Below are positions 23,737 to 31,963 of a stretch of 32,000 bases of DNA, in pieces. The DNA is from Cuniculiplasma divulgatum (lineage in GTDB: Archaea > Thermoplasmatota > Thermoplasmata > Thermoplasmatales > Thermoplasmataceae), in the NCBI RefSeq assembly GCF_900083515.1, contig NZ_LT671858.1, positions 1,906,700 to 1,938,699 on the forward strand, given 5' to 3'. The position numbers were made by a program, and so were the translations under genes. Numbering within the stretch: the first letter of the stretch is position 1; every line of letters starts with the position of its first letter. The notes beneath the pieces are model-generated. The model was given only the letters and a program-made list of their open reading frames with translations, was not told the origin of the DNA and searched no databases.

Positions 23737-26087
23737 TACTTATCGCACTTTCCATCAGGACATGCTGGATCGAACGTGGCCTCGAGTCTGAGGTATTTCG
23801 TATCCATTTTCTTTCTTTCCTTTCCTTCAGAAGTCATCTTTTCTATAATGGCGATTTTTTCCTTCTTCTCTTCTTTTGATGCTTCTTCCTTCTTGCCTGA
23901 TGTTCCAGAATAGAGAACCTGTTCTGTTTTGCTTCTGTCTCTGTACACAGTTATTCCCTTGCAGTGTAGGTCCTTGGCCAGCCTGTAAGCCTTACCAATA
24001 TCTTCTGGTGTTGCATCGTTAGGCAAATTTATGGTCTTTGATACACCTGAATCACAATATTTCTGGAATGTTGCCTGCATAAGTACATGCCATTCTGGAT
24101 CAATTTCATGGGCAGTTTTGAAAAGCCTCTTAAGATCTTCTGGAAGGTCTATCTTTGAAAGATTTCCAGTTGTTGCAACGTCCTGCATCAATTTCTCAGA
24201 GTATAGATTTCTCTTTTTCATTATCTCCTCAAACAAAGGATTTACTTCTATTAACTCCTGACCATTCAATACATGCCTCATAAATGCTATGGCAAAAAGT
24301 GGTTCTATTGATGATGAACAGCCAGCTATAATAGATATTGTGCCTGTTGGTGCGATTGTTGTGGTAGTAGAGTTTCTCATAAGTATGTCTTCTTTTTCAT
24401 ATTCAGAACCATACCATCCCGGGAACACTCCCCTTTCAATGGCAAGATTCTGAGATTCCTTGTGTGATTCCAAATCAAGGAAACTCATTACATTCTCAGC
24501 TATCTTCAATGCCTCCTCGCTGTCATATGGAACGCCCAGCATGATGAGCATATCTGCAAAGCCCATTATTCCAAGCCCAATCTTCCTTGTTTTCCTTGTC
24601 ATTTCCTTAATCTGCCTGACAGGGAAGTTGTTTGCATCCACAACGTTATCAAGGAATCTTGTTGACATATGGACTGTTTCCCTGAGTCTATCCCAGTCAA
24701 TTGTGTTGTCCTCCTTAACGAACTTAGCCAGATTTATTGAACCCAGATTGCATGATTCATATGGCATAAGAGGCTGTTCACCACATGGGTTTGTTGCTTC
24801 TATATCTGCTATATTTTTTACCGGGTTTGCCCTGTTGATTTCATCGAGGAAAATTAACCCAGGATCTGCTGTTTTCCATGCGTGAGTTATTATGGAATCC
24901 CACATCGTTCTTGCCTTTATTCTTGATACAACCTTTCCAGTTTTTGGATTCTTGAGATCAACATATCCATCACTGTCAAGTTTTTCGAAGAACTCATCCT
25001 CCATTCCAACTGAAATGTTGAAATTTTTAAGAATGGTGTTTTCAGAGTCCTTGCTGGTGATAAATTCCATTATATCTGGATGATCATATCTGAGGATTCC
25101 CATGTTGGCTCCTCTTCTTTTTCCACCCTGTTTAATGACTTCAGTGGTCGTATCGAAAATTTTCATGAAAGAAACAGGGCCTGATGCAACTCCCTTTGTG
25201 GAACCAACAATATCATCCTTATTTCTCAGTCTTGAAAACGAAAACCCTGTACCTCCTCCAGACTTATGTATTTCTGCTGTCTGTTTCACTGCTTCAAAAA
25301 TTTCTTCTATACTGTCTCCAACCGGGAGCACGAAACATGCTGAAAGCTGACCCAGTCTTGCACCAGCATTCATCATGGTTGGTGAGTTTGGAACATATTC
25401 CAGACTCTTCATCATTTTGTGGAATTTTTCTATTGTGTCCTCTGCGATGGTTGGCTTTGTGTATATGAAATCCATGAACTGTCCGAATGTACCTTTTAAT
25501 ACCCCATCGTTTACAAGCTCATTGAAGCCCCTTTCCAAAACTTCAATCTGTGTGTTTAGAAGATTTGATATCTTCTTCCCATCTTCCCTTACCGTTCCTT
25601 TTTTCTGGAAATTAGCATAATCATAAAGTGCGTCAATAACTCCAACGTGATTTGCAACTCTCCTGAACATCTGATCCGGAGTTTCTATAATTTTTCCTTC
25701 CTCATCTTTTAGTAAATATCTTGCCTCAAGTACCTTTACAGCATTTAGCGTTAACTTAAGATCATCTTTTACACCTAGTCTTTCCTTTTCTTCTCTGATG
25801 AATCTTCTCTTTTCCCTATATAGAATGTAAGCCTTTGCAACTTCATTGAATTTTCTTCCATCTATTTGTGTTTCCATAAGAACTGATTCAACAGTATCCT
25901 GTATATTTTCTACTGTTGGGATCTCTTTTCTTGCACTCAATTCTTTTACAACTTTATCAGCTAAGATTTCTGCGTCTCGCATATTTCCAAACTTCAGTGA
26001 AAGCATTGCCTTGTAGATTGCCCGTGATATTTTTGTTTGATCGAAATCCTCAATCTTTCCGTCTCTTTTTTTGATTGATTTTATCAT
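23736..26087 (-). CDS. nrdJ: class II (adenosylcobalamin-dependent) ribonucleotide reductase with N-terminal ATP-cone
   Basis: N-terminal ATP-cone (IKKRDGKIEDFDQTKISRAIYKA). The core carries the SACFV, NPCGEQPL and SCNLGSINL motifs (catalytic Cys/Asn/Glu region) and TIAPTGTIS. A C-terminal Cys pair (CPDGKC) provides re-reduction. At 783 aa it resembles the Thermoplasma B12 enzyme. Confidence 0.92.
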   Translation of the reverse strand: MIKSIKKRDGKIEDFDQTKISRAIYKAMLSLKFGNMRDAEILADKVVKELSARKEIPTVENIQDTVESVLMETQIDGRKFNEVAKAYILYREKRRFIREEKERLGVKDDLKLTLNAVKVLEARYLLKDEEGKIIETPDQMFRRVANHVGVIDALYDYANFQKKGTVREDGKKISNLLNTQIEVLERGFNELVNDGVLKGTFGQFMDFIYTKPTIAEDTIEKFHKMMKSLEYVPNSPTMMNAGARLGQLSACFVLPVGDSIEEIFEAVKQTAEIHKSGGGTGFSFSRLRNKDDIVGSTKGVASGPVSFMKIFDTTTEVIKQGGKRRGANMGILRYDHPDIMEFITSKDSENTILKNFNISVGMEDEFFEKLDSDGYVDLKNPKTGKVVSRIKARTMWDSIITHAWKTADPGLIFLDEINRANPVKNIADIEATNPCGEQPLMPYESCNLGSINLAKFVKEDNTIDWDRLRETVHMSTRFLDNVVDANNFPVRQIKEMTRKTRKIGLGIMGFADMLIMLGVPYDSEEALKIAENVMSFLDLESHKESQNLAIERGVFPGWYGSEYEKEDILMRNSTTTTIAPTGTISIIAGCSSSIEPLFAIAFMRHVLNGQELIEVNPLFEEIMKKRNLYSEKLMQDVATTGNLSKIDLPEDLKRLFKTAHEIDPEWHVLMQATFQKYCDSGVSKTINLPNDATPEDIGKAYRLAKDLHCKGITVYRDRSKTEQVLYSGTSGKKEEASKEEKKEKIAIIEKMTSEGKERKKMDTKYLRLEATFDPACPDGKCDK

Positions 26088-26105
26088 TACAAATTAGATG
26101 TTGTG

Positions 26106-26120
26106 TTTATATTTAATTTT
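26106..26120 (-). promoter_or_regulatory. TATA-box-like element for nrdJ
   Basis: The minus strand reads AAAATTAAATATAAA, centred about 26 nt upstream of ATG 26087. Confidence 0.35.
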
Positions 26121-26181
26121 AATGTTAACTCTAATAGCAATTTTAATATCATTTTAATCACCAAATCAATTTTTAATAAGA

Positions 26182-26213
26182 TAACAATATGTTATCAATA
26201 TTGTTAACAATAT
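26182..26213. promoter_or_regulatory. cluster of three TAACAATAT motifs (+,-,+) with embedded palindromes
   Basis: TAACAATAT occurs at 26182-26190 (+), 26198-26206 (-) and 26205-26213 (+). Embedded palindromes are the inverted repeat ATAACA-N3-TGTTAT at 26181-26195 and CAATATTG at 26196-26203. The cluster sits in the AT-rich nrdJ upstream region. Confidence 0.3.
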
Positions 26214-26337
26214 AAATAATTTTACTTCTGGTAAAAGTAAGATCTAAAATTTTTATGTAACTAAAAGTATTAACATAATAAAGTTAAAAATCTAATTAAA
26301 ATAGGAAACTTATTGAAATAATCTGTAATGACAGATC

Positions 26338-26505
26338 ATGCCTGTTTTAGATAAACAGATGAGAATGAAGCTTCAGGGAGAACTTGCATACGTAAACGAA
26401 AGACTTGACCAGATCAGACAGAATAGGGACGAGCAGGGATATTATAATTATGAAATAGAACTCTGGAAGAAAAAGAGACAAGAAATTATGAATCAATTAT
26501 ATTAG
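26338..26505 (+). CDS. small (55 aa) coiled-coil protein, not in ORF track
   Basis: My own translation is MPVLDKQMRMKLQGELAYVNERLDQIRQNRDEQGYYNYEIELWKKKRQEIMNQLY. It fills the gap up to 28 nt from the convergent gcvT stop. An A/T-rich TATA-like stretch lies 35-45 nt upstream. Confidence 0.35.
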   Translation: MPVLDKQMRMKLQGELAYVNERLDQIRQNRDEQGYYNYEIELWKKKRQEIMNQLY

Positions 26506-26533
26506 GGGGAGGGGGGTATGTTTCCAATGGAGC

Positions 26534-27583
26534 TTAAGGAACTATCCTGGGCCTTGATACCTTACCATTGAATTTTCTATCCCTTATACCAACGAGAATT
26601 GATGTATCACTTTTTGATTCATTTCTGTTTATGTAACCAAGTCCTATTCCCTTTCCAAGAATTGGAGAAATACTTCCGCTTGTGATTATACCTATTTCTT
26701 TACCAGATTCGTCATAAATTAAATTACCATGTCTTGGAAATGAACCTTTTTCATTCATAATAATTCCCCTAAAGATTCTTTCAGGTTTCTGATTAGATAG
26801 GAGTTTTTCTCTACCAATATAATTATGATCATTATCTACGATAAATGAAATAGAAGCTTCGTATGGGTTTTTATCTGAATTGAAGTCCTGGCCTGAGAGA
26901 AGCATACCTTTTTCCATTCTTAGAGTATCTCTCGAACCCAAACCACAAGGACCACATCCTATTTTTTTCAAATCATCCACTATTTTTTCCCACAGATTAA
27001 CTGCTTCATTATTTTTTATAATTATTTCACATCCTATTTCTCCAGTATAACCTGTGCCTGAAATTATCATTCCCTTTTCCTCATAAAATTTGAAAAAATC
27101 TGGAAATTTTAAGCCTAAATTTTTCATAATATTAACTGAATCCTTTCCCTGGATTGCTATACATGATAATTCACTCGAAGAATTTTTTACCTCACAGTTA
27201 TTAGTTTTATTTTTCAATATATGATCCAGTATCTTATCAGTTGTTGCAGCATTTGGTACACATAGAAATTTTTCTTTGTTAAATTTGTAAATTATTGTAT
27301 CATCAATCATATTTCCATCATTATTCAGGAAAGCAGTGTATAAACAGTCTCCTTCTTTCATCTTTGATATATCTGATGGAAAAAGTTTCATTAGACTTTC
27401 CTCAGCTCCACTACCTGTTAGGAATATGTCACCCATATGGGAAACATCAAAAACTCCACATCTCTCCCTAACATACATATGTTCTTTTATTATTGATTCA
27501 TAGTATAATGGCATATCCCATCCATGAAAGTCAACAATATTTGCATTCATTTTTACATGTTCATCATATAGAACTGTTCTCAT
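26534..27583 (-). CDS. gcvT: glycine cleavage system T protein (aminomethyltransferase)
   Basis: GcvT pattern: LYDEH, FHGWDMPLYY, ERCGVFDVSHMG, ISGTGYTGE.GCEI and GLGSRDTLRMEKG. The ATG overlaps the pdxT stop (ATGA). Confidence 0.85.
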   Translation of the reverse strand: MRTVLYDEHVKMNANIVDFHGWDMPLYYESIIKEHMYVRERCGVFDVSHMGDIFLTGSGAEESLMKLFPSDISKMKEGDCLYTAFLNNDGNMIDDTIIYKFNKEKFLCVPNAATTDKILDHILKNKTNNCEVKNSSSELSCIAIQGKDSVNIMKNLGLKFPDFFKFYEEKGMIISGTGYTGEIGCEIIIKNNEAVNLWEKIVDDLKKIGCGPCGLGSRDTLRMEKGMLLSGQDFNSDKNPYEASISFIVDNDHNYIGREKLLSNQKPERIFRGIIMNEKGSFPRHGNLIYDESGKEIGIITSGSISPILGKGIGLGYINRNESKSDTSILVGIRDRKFNGKVSRPRIVP

Positions 27584-28203
27584 TTTACAGTCACCTTTTC
27601 TTCACTTGTTCCACTGGAAGTACCCCCCTCTCCCCCTATCATTCTTATAAAATACTCATGAACTCTTGTATCATCTGTTAATTCAGGATGAAAAGTAAGT
27701 CCAATCACATTTCCATCTCTCACCATTATTGGTTTTCCGGCCTGGTATGCCATTATTTCACCATGGTTAACAGATTTAATAACTGGGGCTCTTATAAAAA
27801 CAGCCATGTAATTACCTATATCTTTAATATCAACATTATCAATAAAAGATTCTCCCTGTCTTCCATATGCATTTCTTTCTATTTCAATATCAAGAAGGCC
27901 CATTCCCTCAACTCTTGTATCGTTTGTCTTTGAAGATGCAAGGATTATGCCGGCACAGGTACCCATAAGTGGTTTACCATGTTTTACACTATCTACTATA
28001 TCTTCATAAATTCCATACTCTTTTATCAGCTTATAAATGGTTGTACTTTCCCCTCCTGGTATTATTATGGCAGAAACTTCTCTCAACTGGTCTTTATTCC
28101 TCACCCTTAATGGTTCTATATTTCTTCCATTTTCACTTAATATTTTCAGGATATTGATATGCTCTTCCACGTCACCCTGGAACCCGATTACACCAATCTT
28201 CAC
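27580..28203 (-). CDS. pdxT: pyridoxal 5'-phosphate synthase glutaminase subunit PdxT
   Basis: Class I amidotransferase with KIGVIGFQGDVEEH, IIPGGESTT, the GTCAG nucleophile elbow and FHPE. GTG start. It carries a ~20-aa Gly/Ser-rich C-terminal tail. Confidence 0.85.
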   Translation of the reverse strand: MKIGVIGFQGDVEEHINILKILSENGRNIEPLRVRNKDQLREVSAIIIPGGESTTIYKLIKEYGIYEDIVDSVKHGKPLMGTCAGIILASSKTNDTRVEGMGLLDIEIERNAYGRQGESFIDNVDIKDIGNYMAVFIRAPVIKSVNHGEIMAYQAGKPIMVRDGNVIGLTFHPELTDDTRVHEYFIRMIGGEGGTSSGTSEEKVTVK

Positions 28204-28277
28204 ATAACAGCATTTTGAATAGGTTAAAAATAGTTATGAAACACTTCGCTAGTTTATGTAATAGTAGATAAATAAAA

Positions 28278-29567
28278 TTATTTGAATAATTCTATATATT
28301 CATAAGGATTAGTTGTTCCGTAACAGAATTTGACTTGTTTAAACTCAGACTTTAAATTCATTACTTCTTCCTTTGCCTTCTCTTCACTGATGTTATTCTT
28401 AAGAATTTTCATCATTATTTCTGCAAGTGCCTTTACATCATTCTTTTCGAAACCTATTCTTGTTATCTCCTGAGTTCCAATTCTTATTCCACTTGGATCC
28501 TGTGAATTTCTATTTTTATCTACTGGAATCAGATTCTTATTAAGTATAATATTGCACCTTTCAAGCTTTTCAGCAACCTCCTTTCCACCTCCAAATTTTC
28601 TAACATCAGCCACAAGTGTGTGGGACGAGGTAAACCCTCTTTTTTCTGCCAGGACATCCATGCCAAGGGCATATAGCTCTTCTGCAAGAGTTCTAGCATT
28701 ATCTATGATCTTCTGAGCATAGGCCTCACCATAATCCAGCATTTCTGCAAGGGTTATGCCAAGAGCTGCCATTGTATTTAGATGGTGATTACTGAGAACT
28801 CCTGGAAAGACTCCTTTCTGAACCTTTTTCCAGGTTTTTTCGTCAGTATTCCCAATTACCATTCCATGCTGAGGTCCTGGAAGGGTTTTGTGAGTTGAGC
28901 CGGTTATAACATCGGCCCCTTCCCTAAGAGGATCCTGAAATTTTTTTCCTGCTATCAGTCCAGCCACGTGTGCGCCATCGTACCACACTTTGCAGCCAAC
29001 TTCCTGAAAGGTATCTCTGAGTTCCTTAAGAGGTGCAGGGAAAAGGAATACAGACTGGCCAAATAGACATAGATTTGGTCTAGTTTCCAGAATTGTTTTT
29101 CTTGCCCCATCAACGTCTATGGTCATGGTCTCTTCATCATAAGGATAATTTACAATGTCTAAACCTCTGAAGCCCAGAGCCCCAAATTTCGCGGCACTTA
29201 TATGGCCACCACCTGACAGATCTGGAGCACAAATCCTTTCCATAGGTTTTGTAAGGCCAAAAATAACTCCCATGTTGGCATTTGTTCCAGACACTGGCCT
29301 GGGATCAAACTGTGGTGCGTTATATAACTTCTTTCCCAGTTCTATGACCTTGTCTTCCAGCTGATCTACAAAGAAGTTTCCCTGATAGTATCTCTGATGA
29401 GGCAAACCCTCTGCATACCTGTGACCAAAGTCTGTGAGAAGCATCTCCATTGCCAGAGGACTCATCACATTTTCCGAGGCAATCAGGGGAATGCTTTCTT
29501 CAAACATTTTATTGTGTTTCTTTGCAAGATCCCTAATTTCCATTGCATCACTGAAAAATTTATCCAT
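28278..29567 (-). CDS. glyA: serine hydroxymethyltransferase
   Basis: Motifs LIASEN, YAEG.P..RYY, GGHISA, the PLP-lysine motif TGSTHKTLPGP and SGIRIGT. A TATA-like TTAAAATATTT on the minus strand is centred about 24 nt upstream of the ATG. Confidence 0.92.
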   Translation of the reverse strand: MDKFFSDAMEIRDLAKKHNKMFEESIPLIASENVMSPLAMEMLLTDFGHRYAEGLPHQRYYQGNFFVDQLEDKVIELGKKLYNAPQFDPRPVSGTNANMGVIFGLTKPMERICAPDLSGGGHISAAKFGALGFRGLDIVNYPYDEETMTIDVDGARKTILETRPNLCLFGQSVFLFPAPLKELRDTFQEVGCKVWYDGAHVAGLIAGKKFQDPLREGADVITGSTHKTLPGPQHGMVIGNTDEKTWKKVQKGVFPGVLSNHHLNTMAALGITLAEMLDYGEAYAQKIIDNARTLAEELYALGMDVLAEKRGFTSSHTLVADVRKFGGGKEVAEKLERCNIILNKNLIPVDKNRNSQDPSGIRIGTQEITRIGFEKNDVKALAEIMMKILKNNISEEKAKEEVMNLKSEFKQVKFCYGTTNPYEYIELFK

Positions 29568-29712
29568 GGATATTGATGCATGTGAAATATTTTAACGTAT
29601 GGTGATCTGAAATAATGGACGTATATTATTAATTTCATTTCCCAACTTCATGAATATGTGACATATGAAGTAAAGACAGCGAACACTTAAGAAAAGGGAT
29701 CCAATACCCATC

Positions 29713-29774
29713 AACCGCTGTGATGAATTCAGCCTTGACTGATTTGTGATGAATGACAGGCAGACTGAGCGGTT
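29713..29774 (+). ncRNA. box C/D guide sRNA (2'-O-methylation guide)
   Basis: The layout is: AACCGC-t, then C box GTGATGA (29720-29726), then the 12-nt guide ATTCAGCCTTGA, then D' box CTGA (29739-29742). TTT follows, then C' box GTGATGA (29746-29752), the 12-nt guide ATGACAGGCAGA, D box CTGA (29765-29768) and GCGGTT. All four boxes are perfect, both spacers are exactly 12 nt and the terminal stem is 6 bp. Confidence 0.8.
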
Positions 29775-29814
29775 AAAATCAGCAATAATTCTTTTAAAAT
29801 GTTAAAATTTTGTT

Positions 29815-30768
29815 TTATCTCACACGTTCAAGTGAGAAGGATCCAAGATCAAAAGTTTCTCCCCTGTTGTAGACTTCTACCCATTCCCTTGTTCTTGCGT
29901 TAGATAAACCTACAACTTTCACATACTGTTTTGCATTAACTATTCTGAATTGAATGGTCCCATCCATTATGTAGCTGATAGTTTCAAAAACCTTTTGATC
30001 AAAGAGCCCATCTTCAAGCATATACAGTGCTGTGCACCTGCTCGCCTTCCTTTTCTGTGTGAATTGCTGTGTGAATTTCATGAAAACCTTCTCGTCAAAC
30101 TGTGGAACGAACGCTGTAAGAGAAATGAATACAAGTCTGTAAAATGGGTATGTTCTGAGTAATTCCTGTTCAATCGTTTCCACAGATTTCAAAAGCAGGC
30201 TGAGGTTTGATATATTATCTATAACAACCGCTTTTTTAGATGGGCTCTGAGACTGAATGGATTTTGAATAAAGGTCAATAAACCTGATCAGTCCATCATC
30301 TTCAAAACCGTCCACGACTTCCGGTTCTACACTTAGAGTCTGGGCAATTTCATACTTTATCTGGTTAAGGTCTTTATCTGCTGTGATAATGACCACTGGC
30401 ACGTTTTCTTTGATGGAGTTGGCCATGAAATTAGTTGCAAGCATATCCTTTGAGGTGAAAGGTGCACCAAACAGAACCACATTTGATGGCATGGGTAAAC
30501 CGCCTAGAAGAAGTTCATCTATCTTGGAAATACCTGTTGAAATTTTTTGGTTCTTCCTTAGTGCAATAGGATCTTTCAAATCCACAAGCGCCTTCTTTGC
30601 CTCCTCTACCTTTATCTGTGGTACAGAAGCAGAGTCTATCTTTACCAGACTCTGGAGCATGTTCTCTATCTCTTTTTTCTTTTCTTCGGCCATCCTTATG
30701 GTTCTTTCCAGGTTTTCCTTGACCTGTTGCAGTTCGGCTATCTTGCTCGTAATCTCATTGCTTTCCAT
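29815..30768 (-). CDS. KaiC/RecA-superfamily ATPase-domain protein with N-terminal coiled coil and degenerate Walker A
   Basis: ISTGISKIDELLLGGLPMPSNVVLFGAPFTSKD follows the KaiC-like template (GI.glD.lLgGGlp.gs..li.G.pGtGKT), but GxxGxGKT has become GAPFTSKD. There is a Walker-B-like VVIDNISNL. The ATG lies 14 nt inside the 3' end of the upstream dehydratase gene. Confidence 0.65.
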   Translation of the reverse strand: MESNEITSKIAELQQVKENLERTIRMAEEKKKEIENMLQSLVKIDSASVPQIKVEEAKKALVDLKDPIALRKNQKISTGISKIDELLLGGLPMPSNVVLFGAPFTSKDMLATNFMANSIKENVPVVIITADKDLNQIKYEIAQTLSVEPEVVDGFEDDGLIRFIDLYSKSIQSQSPSKKAVVIDNISNLSLLLKSVETIEQELLRTYPFYRLVFISLTAFVPQFDEKVFMKFTQQFTQKRKASRCTALYMLEDGLFDQKVFETISYIMDGTIQFRIVNAKQYVKVVGLSNARTREWVEVYNRGETFDLGSFSLERVR

Positions 30769-31963
30769 CGGTTCCCTCCCCTACGTATGTACCAGATACT
30801 ACCCATGGGGGTGATTCTGGATCAAACGGTTCCATTCCATTAACCATATGTTCCTTTAAAGACTTTTCATCCATTTCAATTCCGAGACCGGGTTTACCTG
30901 ATAATTTAAAGTGACCGTTTTCAAGTTTATATCCACTCTTAAGTAGTTTTTTCTTCCATTCTGGCCATGATTCCTCAAAACTCTCCTGTATAATGAAATT
31001 ATTAATCGTGGTATCGAGATTCAGGGTAGCTGCAGTCTGGACGGGACCAAAAGCGTTATGGTATGCCACCGGAATTCCCCATGCATCAGCAATAGTGGCT
31101 ATCTTGAAAGATTCGAGAATTCCTCTTGAGTTAGTTACATCAGGCTGAATTATATCCACTTTTCCCTCAACAATGTTCCTCATAAAATCTCTTGCATTGA
31201 GAACTCTTTCCCCAAGTGCTATGGGTGTATTCACAGTACTCCTCAGTTCAGGGAGCCTCATTTCAAGTTCAGGGTGGAGAGGTTCTTCAAAGAAGAAACA
31301 GTCATATGGCTCAAGAATCTGGGTGGCCTTTTTCGCAGCTTCCATGGAGAATCTCCCGTGAAACTCAATTAGAAGATCCATGGAATCTCCAAAGGATTCT
31401 CTAAGGCCTGATACTATATTCTCTGCACTTTCCAGTCCCTTCTTATTTATTGTATCGTAGTTATTTCCAAATGGATCAAACTTTACAGCATCAAAACCTT
31501 TCTTTCTAATTTCCTTTGCCTTGTCCACGAAATCATCAGCGGTAACGCAGTCTGAATACCAGCCATTGCTGTAAGCCCTAACGCTGTCCCTCATTTTACC
31601 TCCGAGAAGATTGTAAACGGGCTCCTTACAGCTCTTTCCAACTATATCCCAGCACGCCATCTCCACTGCACTTAGCGCAGAAGTGGCTTCCATTGACCTT
31701 GACAGATAGAATGAATGCTTGTAAAATTCCATTGTGTTTTTGTAAATCTCATTTACATCTTTGTTTAGAAAAACTCTTTTAACTTCTTCAGCGCTTTCCT
31801 TCACTGGAAGTGTCATGAGGGTTGTTGGTGCCTCACCGTATCCAACTATGCCATCACTGGTTGTAACCTTGACTATAATCATTGTAGAACTCCATGGTGA
31901 TGATTTTTCGGATGTTTTTTCGCTTACGTTGTATATTTCTATCTCTTTTATCTTTCCTGCCAT
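30755..31963 (-). CDS. enolase-superfamily dehydratase, most likely D-gluconate dehydratase (non-phosphorylative Entner-Doudoroff)
   Basis: Mandelate racemase/muconate-lactonizing fold: GYGEA, WDIVGK, NLLGG, KFDPFG, IEFHGRF, EEP, ALGER, QPDVTN and YHNAFGP. Overall similarity, as I remember it, is to archaeal gluconate dehydratases of Sulfolobus, Picrophilus and Thermoplasma. Confidence 0.7.
   Translation of the reverse strand: MAGKIKEIEIYNVSEKTSEKSSPWSSTMIIVKVTTSDGIVGYGEAPTTLMTLPVKESAEEVKRVFLNKDVNEIYKNTMEFYKHSFYLSRSMEATSALSAVEMACWDIVGKSCKEPVYNLLGGKMRDSVRAYSNGWYSDCVTADDFVDKAKEIRKKGFDAVKFDPFGNNYDTINKKGLESAENIVSGLRESFGDSMDLLIEFHGRFSMEAAKKATQILEPYDCFFFEEPLHPELEMRLPELRSTVNTPIALGERVLNARDFMRNIVEGKVDIIQPDVTNSRGILESFKIATIADAWGIPVAYHNAFGPVQTAATLNLDTTINNFIIQESFEESWPEWKKKLLKSGYKLENGHFKLSGKPGLGIEMDEKSLKEHMVNGMEPFDPESPPWVVSGTYVGEGTDGKQ

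Noticed and set aside
26181-26195. Calling the palindrome a bona fide NrdR box
   Set aside because: It only partially matches the consensus as I remember it. It lies about 70-100 bp upstream of the core promoter rather than overlapping it. No nrdR gene is visible in the window. I keep it as an unassigned operator-like motif.
26088-26337. AT-rich region with iterated motifs as a replication origin
   Set aside because: There is no adjacent orc1/cdc6 gene and no long ORB-type inverted repeats. The region is better explained as a divergent promoter/regulatory region for nrdJ and the small ORF.
26505-26516. G5-A-G6 run (GGGGGAGGGGGG) as a G-quadruplex or structured element
   Set aside because: There are only two G-tracts, and a quadruplex needs four. 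It sits in the 28-nt spacer between two convergent stop codons. It is more likely a compositional oddity or part of a bidirectional 3' end.
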